A stretch of 64,000 nt of DNA. It comes from a bacterium. Lineage in GTDB: Bacteria; Electryoneota; JAOADG01. The stretch's first letter is position 1, and each line of letters opens with the position of its first letter. Below, piece by piece: positions 10,869 to 21,682 of the stretch. The notes beneath the pieces were generated by a model. That model had not been told where the DNA came from. It was given only the letters and a program-made list of their open reading frames with translations, and searched no databases. The position numbers were made by a program, and so were the translations under genes. The stretch spans positions 3,328,001-3,392,000 of the forward strand of contig OY820579.1 of the NCBI GenBank assembly GCA_963681965.1. Reading direction: 5' to 3'.

Positions 10869-11395
10869 GTATGGGGGCATCCCCGCATGCCCCCGTTCTT
10901 GAATATTTTTTTATCTTTCCCAATCACCCATCACCTAACACCCAACACCTATTCCCGCCACTCATCTTTTCCGTGGGTCGGAATTTATTCCGACTCCTCT
11001 TGTGTCCAAAAATGAACGAGGGCATGCGGGGATGCCCCCATACTGAAATGAAGAGTCGGAATAAATTCCGACTTACCGAAGAGGATCGCAGGCTTGGAAG
11101 CCTGCGCCACCAACAGGATGGGAGTTGGGGATTAGGAATTGGACATTGGGGGAAAAGATCGGTAGCGGCGGACTTTAGTCCGCTCTATTTTCTGCTTTCT
11201 TTGTAGCTGCAGGCTTCAGCCTGCGTTGTTTTTTCTGTTTATGACACAAGAGGAGTCGGAATAAATTCCGACCTACAGCAATACGATCCTCCTATCACAC
11301 AATCTTTTAAGGAGGGGCGACCCTCCGCGGTCGCCCGCTCTTGTATCTTTTTTCCCCCAATACCCACAACCTACCACCCACCCCCCATCTTTTCG
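10869..11395. repeat. Mosaic REP-like palindrome array
   Basis: At least 8 palindromes from the same families, with TGGGGAT/CCACCCA heptamer tracts. Confidence 0.85.
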
Positions 11396-11455
11396 CTATG
11401 TCAAAGAACCACCACCATTGTAACCTTTCGATTACAACGGTATAAAAAAAAATCT

Positions 11456-11800
11456 TTATGCGGCGGCGCGGGGTGGTTCGTGTTGCGCCGTCAGATCGAA
11501 GGAATACCAGAAGGCGATAAATTGCGGATCGACCCGGGTGCGCTGCTCATGCACATATTTGTGGCTGTGGACATACCCCTTTAGCCGCACGACCTGACCG
11601 ATGGTTGCCTGTGCGACGAAGCGCTCGGCAAGATCCCGGAACAAGAGCACATTGTGCCATTCGGTTTGTTGCTCGCCGCGATCGTTCGGACGGGTGGTGG
11701 TGGCGATATTGATTTTGCAGAAACTGGTTTTGCGACCGGGGATAAGCGGTGAAATGGCGCCGATACGCCCTTGCAGCCACCATTCATTGATATCGGACAT
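11456..11800 (-). CDS. ssb: Divergent single-stranded DNA-binding protein (OB fold), no acidic tail
   Basis: 'DIN...LQGRIG', 'NIATT...GEQQTEWHNVLLFRDLAE', 'GQVVRLKGY'; AAGGA RBS. Confidence 0.8.
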   Translation of the reverse strand: MSDINEWWLQGRIGAISPLIPGRKTSFCKINIATTTRPNDRGEQQTEWHNVLLFRDLAERFVAQATIGQVVRLKGYVHSHKYVHEQRTRVDPQFIAFWYSFDLTAQHEPPRAAA

Positions 11801-12000
11801 GGTTGGATTCCTTTCGCGGAAGATACGGTGAGATTTTTTATAAAAGAGTCTTTGTTGGTCAAAAATCGCAGCAGTAAGCGTCGGAGCTGGATGGTTGGTG
11901 ATATTTGATGATGTGAATGCACAGTGCCAATGGAAGTTTTAATCGTTTTTTTCTTTTCCCCACTCCCCAACACCCAACACCTATTCCCCATCTTGTATAT

Positions 12001-12029
12001 AATATAATACATTTTTAGGCAAAAGTCAA
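12001..12029 (-). promoter_or_regulatory. Sigma70-type promoter upstream of the ssb-like gene
   Basis: TTGACT-17 bp-TATATT on the minus strand. Confidence 0.55.
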
Positions 12030-12514
12030 GAGTTATTTTTGATTCGGCAAAATAAATTCGACACAATTTTAAGCATCCATTAATTATTCAAAACATATAA
12101 ATTCAAGAATTGCCTAATTCACCAAACCGGAATCGGACTCTCGGAAGCATTTACATTACAATTCTAGATAAGTGTATTATTTATATTGAATTATCGGAGT
12201 TATCCACCAGTGATGCCGAATTTATCACCGGAAATTGCGATTAAATGATGTATTCACAACAATATAAAGATGTCAACCGAGTCTTTATCTCTAGAGTCTT
12301 CTTTAGAGTCTTTACTCTAGAGTCATACTGCGAGCAAAAAAAGAATCTTTAGAGGTAACGAGGAAAGATACAGAAGATTCCGAGTCCAGAGTTTTTAGTG
12401 GACTCTAGAGTCCTAAAAAGAAGATTCTAAAGAAAAACTTGATTGCGAGTTTTTTTTGCTTCGCTCACGCGCCTACCGGCGCGACCACCCCCAACCCCCG
12501 CCAGCGGGGGCTAC

Positions 12515-13466
12515 AAGATGGGTGGTGGATGGTAGGTTGTGGGCGTTGGGGAATAAAAAAAAAGAGAGCGGGCGGACACGGGGGTCCGCCCCTACTAAAA
12601 AGATTGGGTGATAGGAGGATCGAATTGCTGTTGGTCAGAACTTGTTCTGACCACCTCCTGTGTCTTGTCTTTGGTGGCGCAGGCCTCCGAGCCTGCGTGC
12701 ATCTTCTTTTCCGTAGGTCAGAACTTGTTCTGACCACCTCCTGTGTCAGGAAGTATGTCGGAATTTATTCCGACTCCTCTTGTGTCATAATCAGAAAAAA
12801 AACGCAGGCTGAAGTCTGCGGCTACAAAGAAAGCAGAACTTAGAGCGGACTAAAGTCCGCCGCTACCGATCTTTTCCCCCAATTCCCAATTCCTAACCCC
12901 CAACTCCCATCCTGTTGGTGGCGCAGGCCTCCGAGCCTGCGAGTATCTTCTTTTCCGTAGGTCAGAACTTGTTCTGACCACCTCCTGTGTCAGGAAGTAG
13001 GTCGGAATTTATTCCGACTCCTCTTGTTTACATATCAGGATACATACTCGGCGTCAGGCGCTGCCTGCCGCTTCGGGCGTATGCCATACGCCCCTACGAA
13101 AAATGGGTGGTGGGTGGTAGGTTGTGGGTATTGGGGTAAAAAAGATACAAGAGCGGGCGTTCGCGGAGGGTCACCCCACTGCAGGATACAGGATCAAAAA
13201 AGATACAAGAACGCAGGCTGAAGCCTGCGGCTACAAAGAAAGCAGAACTTAGAGCGGACTAAAGTCCGCCGCTACCTATCTTTTTCCCCAATTCCCAATT
13301 CCTAACCCCCAACTCCCATCCTGTTGGTGGCGCAGGCCTCCGAGCCTGCGTGCATCTTCTTTTCCGTATGTCGGAATTTATTCCGACTCCTCTTGTTCAC
13401 ATATCAGGATACATACTCGGCGTCAGGCGCTGCCTGCCGCTTCGGGCGTATGCCATACGCCCCTAC
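12515..13466. repeat. Large mosaic REP-like array with internal tandem duplication
   Basis: About 15 palindromes; block ~12820-13098 recurs at ~13228-13466 with one module missing. Confidence 0.9.
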
Positions 13467-13480
13467 GGAAAAGAAAAAAA

Positions 13481-15088
13481 TTACATCCGGAAAACCGGTG
13501 GATTGGTCAATCCGATCGGTGCATTCAGCGCCGCGCTGATCCCCAATGCCAACTGTTTGCGGGTTTCCGTCGGATCGAGAATGCCATCGTCCCAGAGCCG
13601 CGCGCTGGAATAGTAGGGATGCCCTTCACGCTCGTATTTGTCGAGAATCGGTTGCTTGAATGCCGCCTGTTCCGCCACCGACAGCCCTTTCCCCTTGACC
13701 GCCAGCGCATCCATCTTCACCGTCAACAGCACATTCGCCGCCTGCTCCCCACCCATCACGCTGATGCGCGAATTCGGCCACATCCAGAGCATCCGCGGCT
13801 GATACGCGCGCCCGCACATACCGTAATTCCCGGCACCGAAACTGCCACCGATGATCACCGTGAATTTCGGCACGGCAGCCGTCGCAACCGCCTGCACTAA
13901 TTTCGCGCCATCTTTCGCAATTCCACCCTGTTCATACTTCTTTCCGACCATAAAACCGGTAATATTCTGCAAAAACAGTAGTGGAATCCGTCTCTGCGTG
14001 CATAATTCGATGAAATGTGCTCCTTTCAACGCCGATTCACTGAATAAAACACCATTATTTGCCAATATTCCCACCGGATAGCCGTGAATCCGCGCAAAAC
14101 CGGTCACCAACGTATCGCCGTAGCGCGCTTTGAATTCATGCATCCGCGAATCATCAACCAGCCGTGCAATCACTTCCCGGACATCGAACGGCTTGCGCGT
14201 ATCGCGCGGTAAAATCCCATAGAGTTCGGAAGGATCGTACAACGGATCGACCGGCGCGACGATATCGAGCTCGGCATGCTTCACAATATTCAAATTTTCG
14301 ACAATGCTCCGGCACAATTCGATCGCATGTAAATCGTCGACGGCAAAATGATCGGCAACGCCGCTGATCCGGGTGTGGACATCGGCACCGCCCAGCTCCT
14401 CCGCCGTGACCACTTCCCCAGTCGCGGCTTTCACCAGCGGCGGTCCCCCCAAAAAGATGGTGCCATTCCCCTTGACAATAATCGTCTCGTCGGACATCGC
14501 GGGTACATACGCGCCACCGGCAGTACAACTCCCCATCACCACTGCGATCTGCGGAATCCGCGCTGCCGACAAATTCGCCTGATTGTAGAAGATCCGTCCG
14601 AAATGATCGCGGTCGGGAAATACTTCATCCTGTCGAGGAAGAAACGCACCACCGCTATCGACCAGATAAATGCACGGCAGATGATTCTCCAATGCAATTT
14701 CTTGTGCGCGCAGATGTTTCTTCACCGTCAGCGGATAATAGGTTCCTCCTTTGACTGTCGCATCGTTCGCAATCACCACGCATTGCCGACCACTCACTTG
14801 AATCACTCCGGCGATAATACCTGCGGCAGGAACATCCTCGCCATAGACCTCGAATGCGGCGAGCGGCGAGAATTCCAGAAACGGCGTCCCCGCGTCGCGC
14901 AGCCGGTCGATGCGCTCGCGCGCTGTCAGCTTGCCGCGCTTGCGATGTTTCTCGACGGCTTCCGCCGAACCCATCGCATGAATCCGCGCCAACTCTTCGT
15001 TCAATGACGCTGCCAGCGCCAGATTGTGTTCGCGATTCGCGATAAAATTCGGATCACTCGTTACGATTTTCGAGACTATTCGTTCCAT
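13481..15088 (-). CDS. liuB: 3-methylcrotonyl-CoA carboxylase, carboxyltransferase subunit
   Basis: '[26 protein letters not shown]', '[13 protein letters not shown]', '[10 protein letters not shown]', ends 'VFRM'. Confidence 0.93.
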   Translation of the reverse strand: MERIVSKIVTSDPNFIANREHNLALAASLNEELARIHAMGSAEAVEKHRKRGKLTARERIDRLRDAGTPFLEFSPLAAFEVYGEDVPAAGIIAGVIQVSGRQCVVIANDATVKGGTYYPLTVKKHLRAQEIALENHLPCIYLVDSGGAFLPRQDEVFPDRDHFGRIFYNQANLSAARIPQIAVVMGSCTAGGAYVPAMSDETIIVKGNGTIFLGGPPLVKAATGEVVTAEELGGADVHTRISGVADHFAVDDLHAIELCRSIVENLNIVKHAELDIVAPVDPLYDPSELYGILPRDTRKPFDVREVIARLVDDSRMHEFKARYGDTLVTGFARIHGYPVGILANNGVLFSESALKGAHFIELCTQRRIPLLFLQNITGFMVGKKYEQGGIAKDGAKLVQAVATAAVPKFTVIIGGSFGAGNYGMCGRAYQPRMLWMWPNSRISVMGGEQAANVLLTVKMDALAVKGKGLSVAEQAAFKQPILDKYEREGHPYYSSARLWDDGILDPTETRKQLALGISAALNAPIGLTNPPVFRM

Positions 15089-15149
15089 TTGGTGTACTCA
15101 CTCTGAAATGATTCAATTGTATTTGTCGATATCCCGATCAAAAAAACAG

Positions 15150-15531
15150 ACACAGGAGGCGGTCAGAACAAGTTCCGACCTACGAAAAGACGATCGAGCG
15201 GATCGCGAATCGTCTTTATTTTTTGTAGTAGTGCCCAACTCCGATTGGGCATCTTGTAATCTTTTTTCATCTTTACCGATTGAAAAGAGAAAAAGATAAA
15301 ACGACAAAAGAGCCGATTCGGAGATCGGCAGTACTGCCCAACTCCGATTGGGCATCTTGTATTCTTTCCCTCTTTCGATTCCGATGGGTAATGAGGAAAG
15401 GATACAAGATACAAGATTCAAGATCGCAGGCTCGGAGGCCTGCGCCACCACAAGATGAAATGATACAAGACACGGGCAGACACGGGGAAACGCCCCACAA
15501 GACACGGGCGGACACGGGGGTCCGCCCCTAC
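15150..15531. repeat. Mosaic REP-like array inside the liu cluster
   Basis: GTAGTGCCCAACTCCGATTGGGCA (x2, one variant), CGCAGGCTCGGAGGCCTGCGCCAC, GGGCGGACACGGGGGTCCGCCCCTAC, and CAAGATA heptamers. Confidence 0.85.
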
Positions 15532-16400
15532 TAAAGAACAAGAAGCGAGCGAATGAAAGCGCCGGCAGCTCGCACTTGATCGAGCTTCATATTCGTCGCA
15601 ACATCGTGATCGTCGCACCATGAAATCAGCGCTTCGGTGCTAAGATTGCCGCTCGCGCCCGGCGCATACGGACAGCCGCCAATCCCTCCGGCACTGGTGT
15701 CGTACACCCGGATACCGTGTTGCAGCCCCGCTTCGACATTGCTAAGAGCATATCCAAAAGTGTCGTGGAAATGTAGCGCAAAATCGGTGATTGCCCACTC
15801 CTTCGGCAAGCGTTGCAACAGCGCCGCAACTTCGTCGGGCTGCGCTTTACCGATGGTGTCGCCCAGCGAAATTTCATCGATCCCCAACCGGAATAGTTGA
15901 TCGATCACCGGCAACACTTGTTCCGGATCGATCTTCCCTTCATACGGGCAGTGCCAACAGGTCGAGAGGTATCCGCGCACGCGCAAATCTTCCGCCTTCC
16001 AGATCGGTTGCATCTGCTCCAGCCGCGCGATACTCTCGGCAATCGTGCAATTCGTATTCTTCTTCGAAAATGTTTCGCTGGCGGCGACAAACACGGCGAC
16101 CGACCGGAATCCGGCATCGATCGCGGCTTCCAGTCCTTTTGTATTCGGTACCAGCGCCGTGTAGACCGTCATTCGACGCTTCCGGATTCCGGCAAAGACC
16201 TCCGCGCCATCCCCCAACTGCGGCACCCATTTCGGCGATACGAAACTGGTGACTTCAATTTCAGGCAGTTCGGCGCTGGATAGTAGATCGATATACTTGA
16301 TCTTGTCGGCGGTTTCGATTCGCTGCAGAATGCTCTGCAAGCCATCGCGCGGACCGACTTCGACAATTCGAATGCTGGGTGGTAATTTTTTCTCACTCAT
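15531..16400 (-). CDS. liuE: Hydroxymethylglutaryl-CoA lyase
   Basis: 'EVGPRDGLQ', 'TSFVSPKWVPQL', 'LHFHDT', 'GGCPYAPGASGN'. Confidence 0.93.
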   Translation of the reverse strand: MSEKKLPPSIRIVEVGPRDGLQSILQRIETADKIKYIDLLSSAELPEIEVTSFVSPKWVPQLGDGAEVFAGIRKRRMTVYTALVPNTKGLEAAIDAGFRSVAVFVAASETFSKKNTNCTIAESIARLEQMQPIWKAEDLRVRGYLSTCWHCPYEGKIDPEQVLPVIDQLFRLGIDEISLGDTIGKAQPDEVAALLQRLPKEWAITDFALHFHDTFGYALSNVEAGLQHGIRVYDTSAGGIGGCPYAPGASGNLSTEALISWCDDHDVATNMKLDQVRAAGAFIRSLLVL

Positions 16401-16920
16401 CGATTATTTCTTTCGGCATAGCCATCACCGCGAGGGTGCTTCCCAGATCGACCCGATCGCCGACCGCGAAACAGACGCGCTCGACGATTCCCGCGACTGG
16501 CGCGTTCAGCGTGTACTCCATCTTCATCGCTTCCAGTACAATCACCGGCGTATTTTGCTCAAGATTGTCGCCGGCATTCACGTAAATTTTAATCACTTTA
16601 CCCGGCATCGGTGCACGAATTTCCGGATCGAATTCCGGATTCTTGCCGTGATCGATGCGCTGTTCCGTCCCTTCGCGATCGACCCGGCGCAAGACATACG
16701 AATTCCCGCGCCAACTGATGAACCGGTCGTCGCCCTGTGCATCGACATGGCAATGATAACCGCGACCGGCAATCCGCACGTCGAGTCGCGTCGATTGCCG
16801 CTCATCCAGCGTGATCGAATATTCTTTGCGATCGATCGTTGCCAGCCAAGTGTGATCGTCCTTGCGAATGATCGCGACCGGATACTCTTTCTCGGCGGAA
16901 GCATACCGATACTCAGCCAT
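16393..16920 (-). CDS. Stand-alone biotin carboxyl carrier subunit (C-terminal part of MCC alpha)
   Basis: 'APMPGKV...EAMKME' biotinylation motif. Confidence 0.9.
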   Translation of the reverse strand: MAEYRYASAEKEYPVAIIRKDDHTWLATIDRKEYSITLDERQSTRLDVRIAGRGYHCHVDAQGDDRFISWRGNSYVLRRVDREGTEQRIDHGKNPEFDPEIRAPMPGKVIKIYVNAGDNLEQNTPVIVLEAMKMEYTLNAPVAGIVERVCFAVGDRVDLGSTLAVMAMPKEIIDE

Positions 16921-18415
16921 GATACACCTCCTCGCGCTGCCACGGTGAAAACGGATCGGATTGAAACGAGAATCCGGTGGTCGAGATGCCGCGATCTTCG
17001 TTGCGGAGGAATTCGCTTAACGCCGCCAATACCAGCGCTTCATCGGGAATATGTTGTTCCGGAGCGCGCCACTGATCGAAGTGTCGGGGGATGAATCCGG
17101 TATCGGTCTCGCCCATACGAAACGCGGGATGCTGCAATACTGCTCGTAGAAATTGGATATTGGTTCGCACCCCACCAATGCCGTAACGTTCCAATGCCCA
17201 ATCGAGTCGCTCGATCGCACTTTCCCGCGCCATTCCGAACACGGTCAATTTCGCGAGCAGCGGATCGTAAAATAGCGATACCGGCACACCGGCGTGAATC
17301 CCCAAATCGTTCCGGATATTCACCCCTTCCGGCGGATCGAGGTAACGGATGGTTCCGGTAGACGGGAGAAATCCGGTTTCCGGATCTTCGGCATAAATCC
17401 GCACTTCGATCGCGTGTCCGTGCTGCTGCAATTCGTCCTGTGTCCACGGTAACGGTTCGCCCATCGCAATTCGCAGTTGCATCTTCACCAGATCGATTCC
17501 GGTCGTCATTTCGGTCACGCTATGTTCCACCTGAAGACGTGTATTCATCTCGAGGAAATAATAATTCCCGGTGGCATCGACGATGAATTCCACTGTTCCG
17601 GCATTGGAATAACGCACTGTTTTTCCGGCATTGATCGCGTCGCGACACATCCGCGCGCGCAGTTCCGGCGTGACGAACGGCGACGGTGCTTCTTCGAGAA
17701 TCTTCTGGTGCCGCCGCTGGATACTGCATTCGCGTTCGAAGAGATGGACGATATTACCGTGTTCGTCGCCAAGAATCTGCACCTCGATATGACGGGGATT
17801 GACGAGATATTTCTCGATGAACACGGTATCGTCGCCGAACGCGTTCTTCGCTTCGCGTTTTGCCGATTCCAGCGCATCCACCAGCCCGGCAGATTCGGTG
17901 ACAATCTTCATCCCTTTGCCGCCGCCGCCGGCAGACGCCTTAACCAGAATCGGATAACCGATTTTTTCGGCTTCGTCGCGTACCCGCTCGAACGACGCAT
18001 CGTTCCACTGGAACCCCGGAACGACCGGTACACCCGCCTGCTGCATGATTTCGCGCGCCCGTGTTTTCGAACCCATTTCGGAGATGGCAGTCACCGACGG
18101 ACCGATAAATTCCATTCCGGCACTGCGAACGGCTAGTGCGAATTCGGCATTTTCCGAAAGAAACCCGTAACCGGGATGGATCGCATCGACCTGCGCATTC
18201 CGCGCAATATCGATAATCAACTTTTGATTCAGGTAGGTGTCAACCGGCGATTCGCCCGGCAACTCGTAAGCTTCATCCGCCCAGTGCAAGTGCAATGCGC
18301 GCTCGTCCGGCGTTGAATAAACGGCGACCGCTTTCATCCCCAATTCCTGAATCGCTTGAATCACCCGAACGGCAATCGCACCGCGATTCGCAATCAATAC
18401 TTTTTGAAATTTCAC
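16913..18415 (-). CDS. liuD: Biotin carboxylase subunit of 3-methylcrotonyl-CoA carboxylase
   Basis: GTG start 'VKFQKVLIANRG' overlaps the upstream TGA; 'HPGYGFLSEN', 'GGGGKGM', 'ECSIQRRHQK', 'EMNTRLQVEH'. Confidence 0.9.
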   Translation of the reverse strand: MKFQKVLIANRGAIAVRVIQAIQELGMKAVAVYSTPDERALHLHWADEAYELPGESPVDTYLNQKLIIDIARNAQVDAIHPGYGFLSENAEFALAVRSAGMEFIGPSVTAISEMGSKTRAREIMQQAGVPVVPGFQWNDASFERVRDEAEKIGYPILVKASAGGGGKGMKIVTESAGLVDALESAKREAKNAFGDDTVFIEKYLVNPRHIEVQILGDEHGNIVHLFERECSIQRRHQKILEEAPSPFVTPELRARMCRDAINAGKTVRYSNAGTVEFIVDATGNYYFLEMNTRLQVEHSVTEMTTGIDLVKMQLRIAMGEPLPWTQDELQQHGHAIEVRIYAEDPETGFLPSTGTIRYLDPPEGVNIRNDLGIHAGVPVSLFYDPLLAKLTVFGMARESAIERLDWALERYGIGGVRTNIQFLRAVLQHPAFRMGETDTGFIPRHFDQWRAPEQHIPDEALVLAALSEFLRNEDRGISTTGFSFQSDPFSPWQREEVYHG

Positions 18416-19206
18416 TCCGGTTTCTCCACCCAAATCGGTTGACGCTTTTCGAGGAATGCCGTGATTCCCTCTTTCCCGTCGGGACTCATCCGGGCGGTAG
18501 CAATCGCCGTCGCCGCGGTATTTGCGTAATCCTGCGGGGCTACCGGCAGCAGTGTGCGGGCATATTTTTTCATCAATCGCTGTGCCGCAGCCGAACCCTG
18601 CAGGAATAATTCCAGTTTCTGCTGCGCCGCGACATCGAGTAACTCGTTTGCAACAACTTCGTGTACCAGTCCGATCTGCAGCGCTGTTCTGGCATCGAAG
18701 CGTTCGCCGGTGACACCAAGCGCGAGAAAATTCGAGTACCCAATTTTCCCGATCGTATACGGTCCAATCACCGCCGGAATGATTCCCAATCGTACTTCCG
18801 ACAGCGAGAATTTGGTACTTTCGGCAGCGACCACGACATCGCACACACTGCACAAACCGATCCCGCCACCCATCGCAGCGCCATGCACAATGCCGAGAAT
18901 CGGGATCGGACAATCGTAAATCGCGCGATACATTTCCGCCAACTGTAATGCAGCTTCGCGATTGGCGGCATAGTCGAGCGCGGCAGCTTGACGCATATAG
19001 TCAAGATCGGCACCCGCACAAAAACTTTTTCCGGAGCCCTGCAATACGATTACGCGAATCGATTCGTCTTTACTCAATTCGGTGAATTCATCGGTCAATT
19101 CGGTAATCATCGCCTCGCTGAAGGCGTTGTGCACCTCCGGACGCGAGAGCGAAACGAAGACGACACTTTGCTTGCGCGCTACGTTGAGTGTGGTAAGTTG
19201 AGACAT
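18412..19206 (-). CDS. liuC: Methylglutaconyl-CoA hydratase (crotonase family)
   Basis: 'RPEVHNAF', 'FCAGADL', 'GGGIGL', 'LSEVRLGIIPAVI', plus operon context. Confidence 0.88.
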   Translation of the reverse strand: MSQLTTLNVARKQSVVFVSLSRPEVHNAFSEAMITELTDEFTELSKDESIRVIVLQGSGKSFCAGADLDYMRQAAALDYAANREAALQLAEMYRAIYDCPIPILGIVHGAAMGGGIGLCSVCDVVVAAESTKFSLSEVRLGIIPAVIGPYTIGKIGYSNFLALGVTGERFDARTALQIGLVHEVVANELLDVAAQQKLELFLQGSAAAQRLMKKYARTLLPVAPQDYANTAATAIATARMSPDGKEGITAFLEKRQPIWVEKPE

Positions 19207-19242
19207 CCTTTTCCCCCCGGAAAGAAATTCTGCGATATACGA

Positions 19243-21324
19243 TTAATCGATGTTTGCGAGATCCTCGATGGGAGCCTGACATTGTCGATTGTGGCAGCGA
19301 TACAACACGGTTCGCCCCGCGACGCTATTCTTATCGTTGCATAGATCATGCAGCAGTGCTGGAATCGGTGCGATCGTCAGTGCCAGTTCGCGCTGCGGAT
19401 AGTATTTTCGTTGTACCGCATTGATAAAACTGCAATCGTCACCCGCGATCACCCATTGCGCGGCGGGACGATCCAACCGCTGAACGGCTTGCAGCGCCAT
19501 TCCCAGCCCATGCGGCATGCGGGTCAATTCCGCGCCGATCGCCTTCATCGCTGTAAGCGCTACCTGATAAAATCGGTCGTTGTTGGTTAATGCATGTAGC
19601 CGGAGCCACAGCAAAGCCGCGGCAGAATTCGCCGAGGGAATCGCCTGATCGAAAAATCCAACCGCGCGCACACCGCCGACCGGATCTTCCGACATCGCCA
19701 CCAAACCATTCGGCAAGACAAACCGGTCTATGAGTGACAAGGCGATTTCATTGGCGGTTTCGATCCACTTTCCGATTCCATCGGTCTGATAGAGGTCAAT
19801 GAGTCCGGTGGCTACCGTCGCGAAATCCAGTGCAAACGCCTGCTCCAGCACTTTGTTCTGTAACCGTGAATGGGCAAGATTCTTCGAAGCATTCCATTCG
19901 GACACCAAACGGGTCGCTAATTTTTCGGCAACGGTATAATACCGCGAATCGCCCAGATACACCGCTCCGGCTGCGAGTGCGGAGAGTGCCATCCCGTTCC
20001 AGTCGGTCAGAATTTTATCGTCGCGCCGCGGTGCAATGCGTTGGCTGCGCGCCTGATACAATCGATCGCACCATTGCTTAACCGATTCGGATAGTTGTTC
20101 CGGCGTCCGGTCGAAGCGAGCCGCGGATTCGGTGATCGCGCGTTCGGGAAAGAGGATCGATTGCCCCGGCTCGAATGTTCCTTCCTCCGTCACCTGAAAG
20201 ATGGTGCAGCATTGCTCGCCATCGCGTTCGCCCAGCAGATCGATAATTTCGCGTTTACTCCAGACGTAAAACGCCCCCTCTTTTCCAGCACTATCGGCAT
20301 CGAACGACGACGCGAAGCCGCACTCATCCTCAATCCACAATTCGCGGAGCATCCAGTCCAGTGTCGTGCGCGCGGTCTCGATCAAATCCGCGCGATCGAA
20401 TGCACTTCCAGCATGAAGATAGATCGACACCAGTTGCGCATTGTCGTAGAGCATTTTTTCGAAATGCGGCACCATCCAGCGCGCGTCGGTCGAATACCGC
20501 GCAAAGCCGCCGCCGATCTGATCGAACAGCCCCCCGTAGCGCATTTTTTCCAGCGTGAGTAGAACCACTTCGCGCGCATCCCGATTGTTATCGGATACGG
20601 CATATTCCAGGAGGAAGCGCAACAACATCGGTTGCGGAAATTTCGGTGCGGGACCGAAACCGCCATTGTTGCGATCGGCAGTTTCCAAAATCATGGCGCG
20701 GGCACGCTCGACGATTGCCGCTAGATCGATTTCGGAACGCCGCTCGGCAGTGGCGTCGCGCTGGAGATAATCGAACAGTTGCTGTCCCGTTTCAAGGACA
20801 TCGCGCCGTTGCGTTTGCCACGCTTCGCTAATCGCTTCGCAGACTTCCCGCCAGCTCGGTCGACCGTACATCGCCTTCGGTGGAAAATAGGTGCCGCCGA
20901 AAAACGGTTTCCCGTCATGATCGACAAACACATTCAGCGGCCAGCCTCCCTGACCGGTCAGCGCCTGAATTGCCGACATATAGATCTGATCGATATCGGG
21001 ACGCTCTTCGCGATCGACTTTCACACAGACGAAACTTCGGTTCATCAGTTCGGCAATAGCGTGATCCTCGAACGCTTCCCGTTCCATGACATGACACCAG
21101 TGACACGACGAATATCCGATCGAAATCAGCACTGGAAGATCGCGGCGACGCGCCTCTTCGAATGCCGATTCGCGGTAAGGTTGCCAATCGACCGGATTGT
21201 AAGCATGTTGCAATAAATAGGGACTGGATTCGGCAATCAGCCGGTTGGCTTTGCGCTCGAAAGACGTAGAAGTCGTATATAACCGCGATGCTGGAGTACC
21301 ATCGGGCAGGATCAAGCCACTCAT
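19243..21324 (-). CDS. Thioredoxin-domain / alpha-alpha barrel protein (YyaL, DUF255)
   Basis: '[14 protein letters not shown]', 'CHWCHVM', '[10 protein letters not shown]', '[11 protein letters not shown]'. ATG 21324 follows CAGGAG. Confidence 0.9.
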   Translation of the reverse strand: MSGLILPDGTPASRLYTTSTSFERKANRLIAESSPYLLQHAYNPVDWQPYRESAFEEARRRDLPVLISIGYSSCHWCHVMEREAFEDHAIAELMNRSFVCVKVDREERPDIDQIYMSAIQALTGQGGWPLNVFVDHDGKPFFGGTYFPPKAMYGRPSWREVCEAISEAWQTQRRDVLETGQQLFDYLQRDATAERRSEIDLAAIVERARAMILETADRNNGGFGPAPKFPQPMLLRFLLEYAVSDNNRDAREVVLLTLEKMRYGGLFDQIGGGFARYSTDARWMVPHFEKMLYDNAQLVSIYLHAGSAFDRADLIETARTTLDWMLRELWIEDECGFASSFDADSAGKEGAFYVWSKREIIDLLGERDGEQCCTIFQVTEEGTFEPGQSILFPERAITESAARFDRTPEQLSESVKQWCDRLYQARSQRIAPRRDDKILTDWNGMALSALAAGAVYLGDSRYYTVAEKLATRLVSEWNASKNLAHSRLQNKVLEQAFALDFATVATGLIDLYQTDGIGKWIETANEIALSLIDRFVLPNGLVAMSEDPVGGVRAVGFFDQAIPSANSAAALLWLRLHALTNNDRFYQVALTAMKAIGAELTRMPHGLGMALQAVQRLDRPAAQWVIAGDDCSFINAVQRKYYPQRELALTIAPIPALLHDLCNDKNSVAGRTVLYRCHNRQCQAPIEDLANID

Positions 21325-21682
21325 TGAATCTCCTGGTGTTGTAAATGATACGTGAAAAGTTGTTGAAGATACAGAATCTTGATTAATTTTGACAAACAAT
21401 TCACCATCTCTCTGATTCTTGAATAACAATCTTTCGATGCTCAACTGTGCGCGTGAAATAGTTAACAAATTCCTGACAAATTTCGATCCGAACCGATTAC
21501 CTTGATGGTGTGGTGGTTTTTGAATATTTGTTCTGAAGATTCGGTGTTCGGCATTGCCGAACAGGTACAGACAAGAGTGTCTGTACTTACAGAAACCGCC
21601 TGCGGGCGGACACGGGGGTCCGCCCCTACTAACGATCACCATTCAATTTTATGAGATACTCGGTAATGAACCGGAGCTTACA

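Noticed and set aside
12515-13466. CRISPR array
   Set aside because: The repeats belong to many families in both orientations, the spacers are themselves repeated, there is no fixed period, and no cas genes are present.
12439-13613. Short ORFs in REP arrays
   Set aside because: They are translations of palindromic repeats without RBS or protein features.
18416-18913. N-terminal extension of the 666-aa ORF
   Set aside because: It overlaps liuC in another frame; biotin carboxylase homology starts at GTG 18415.
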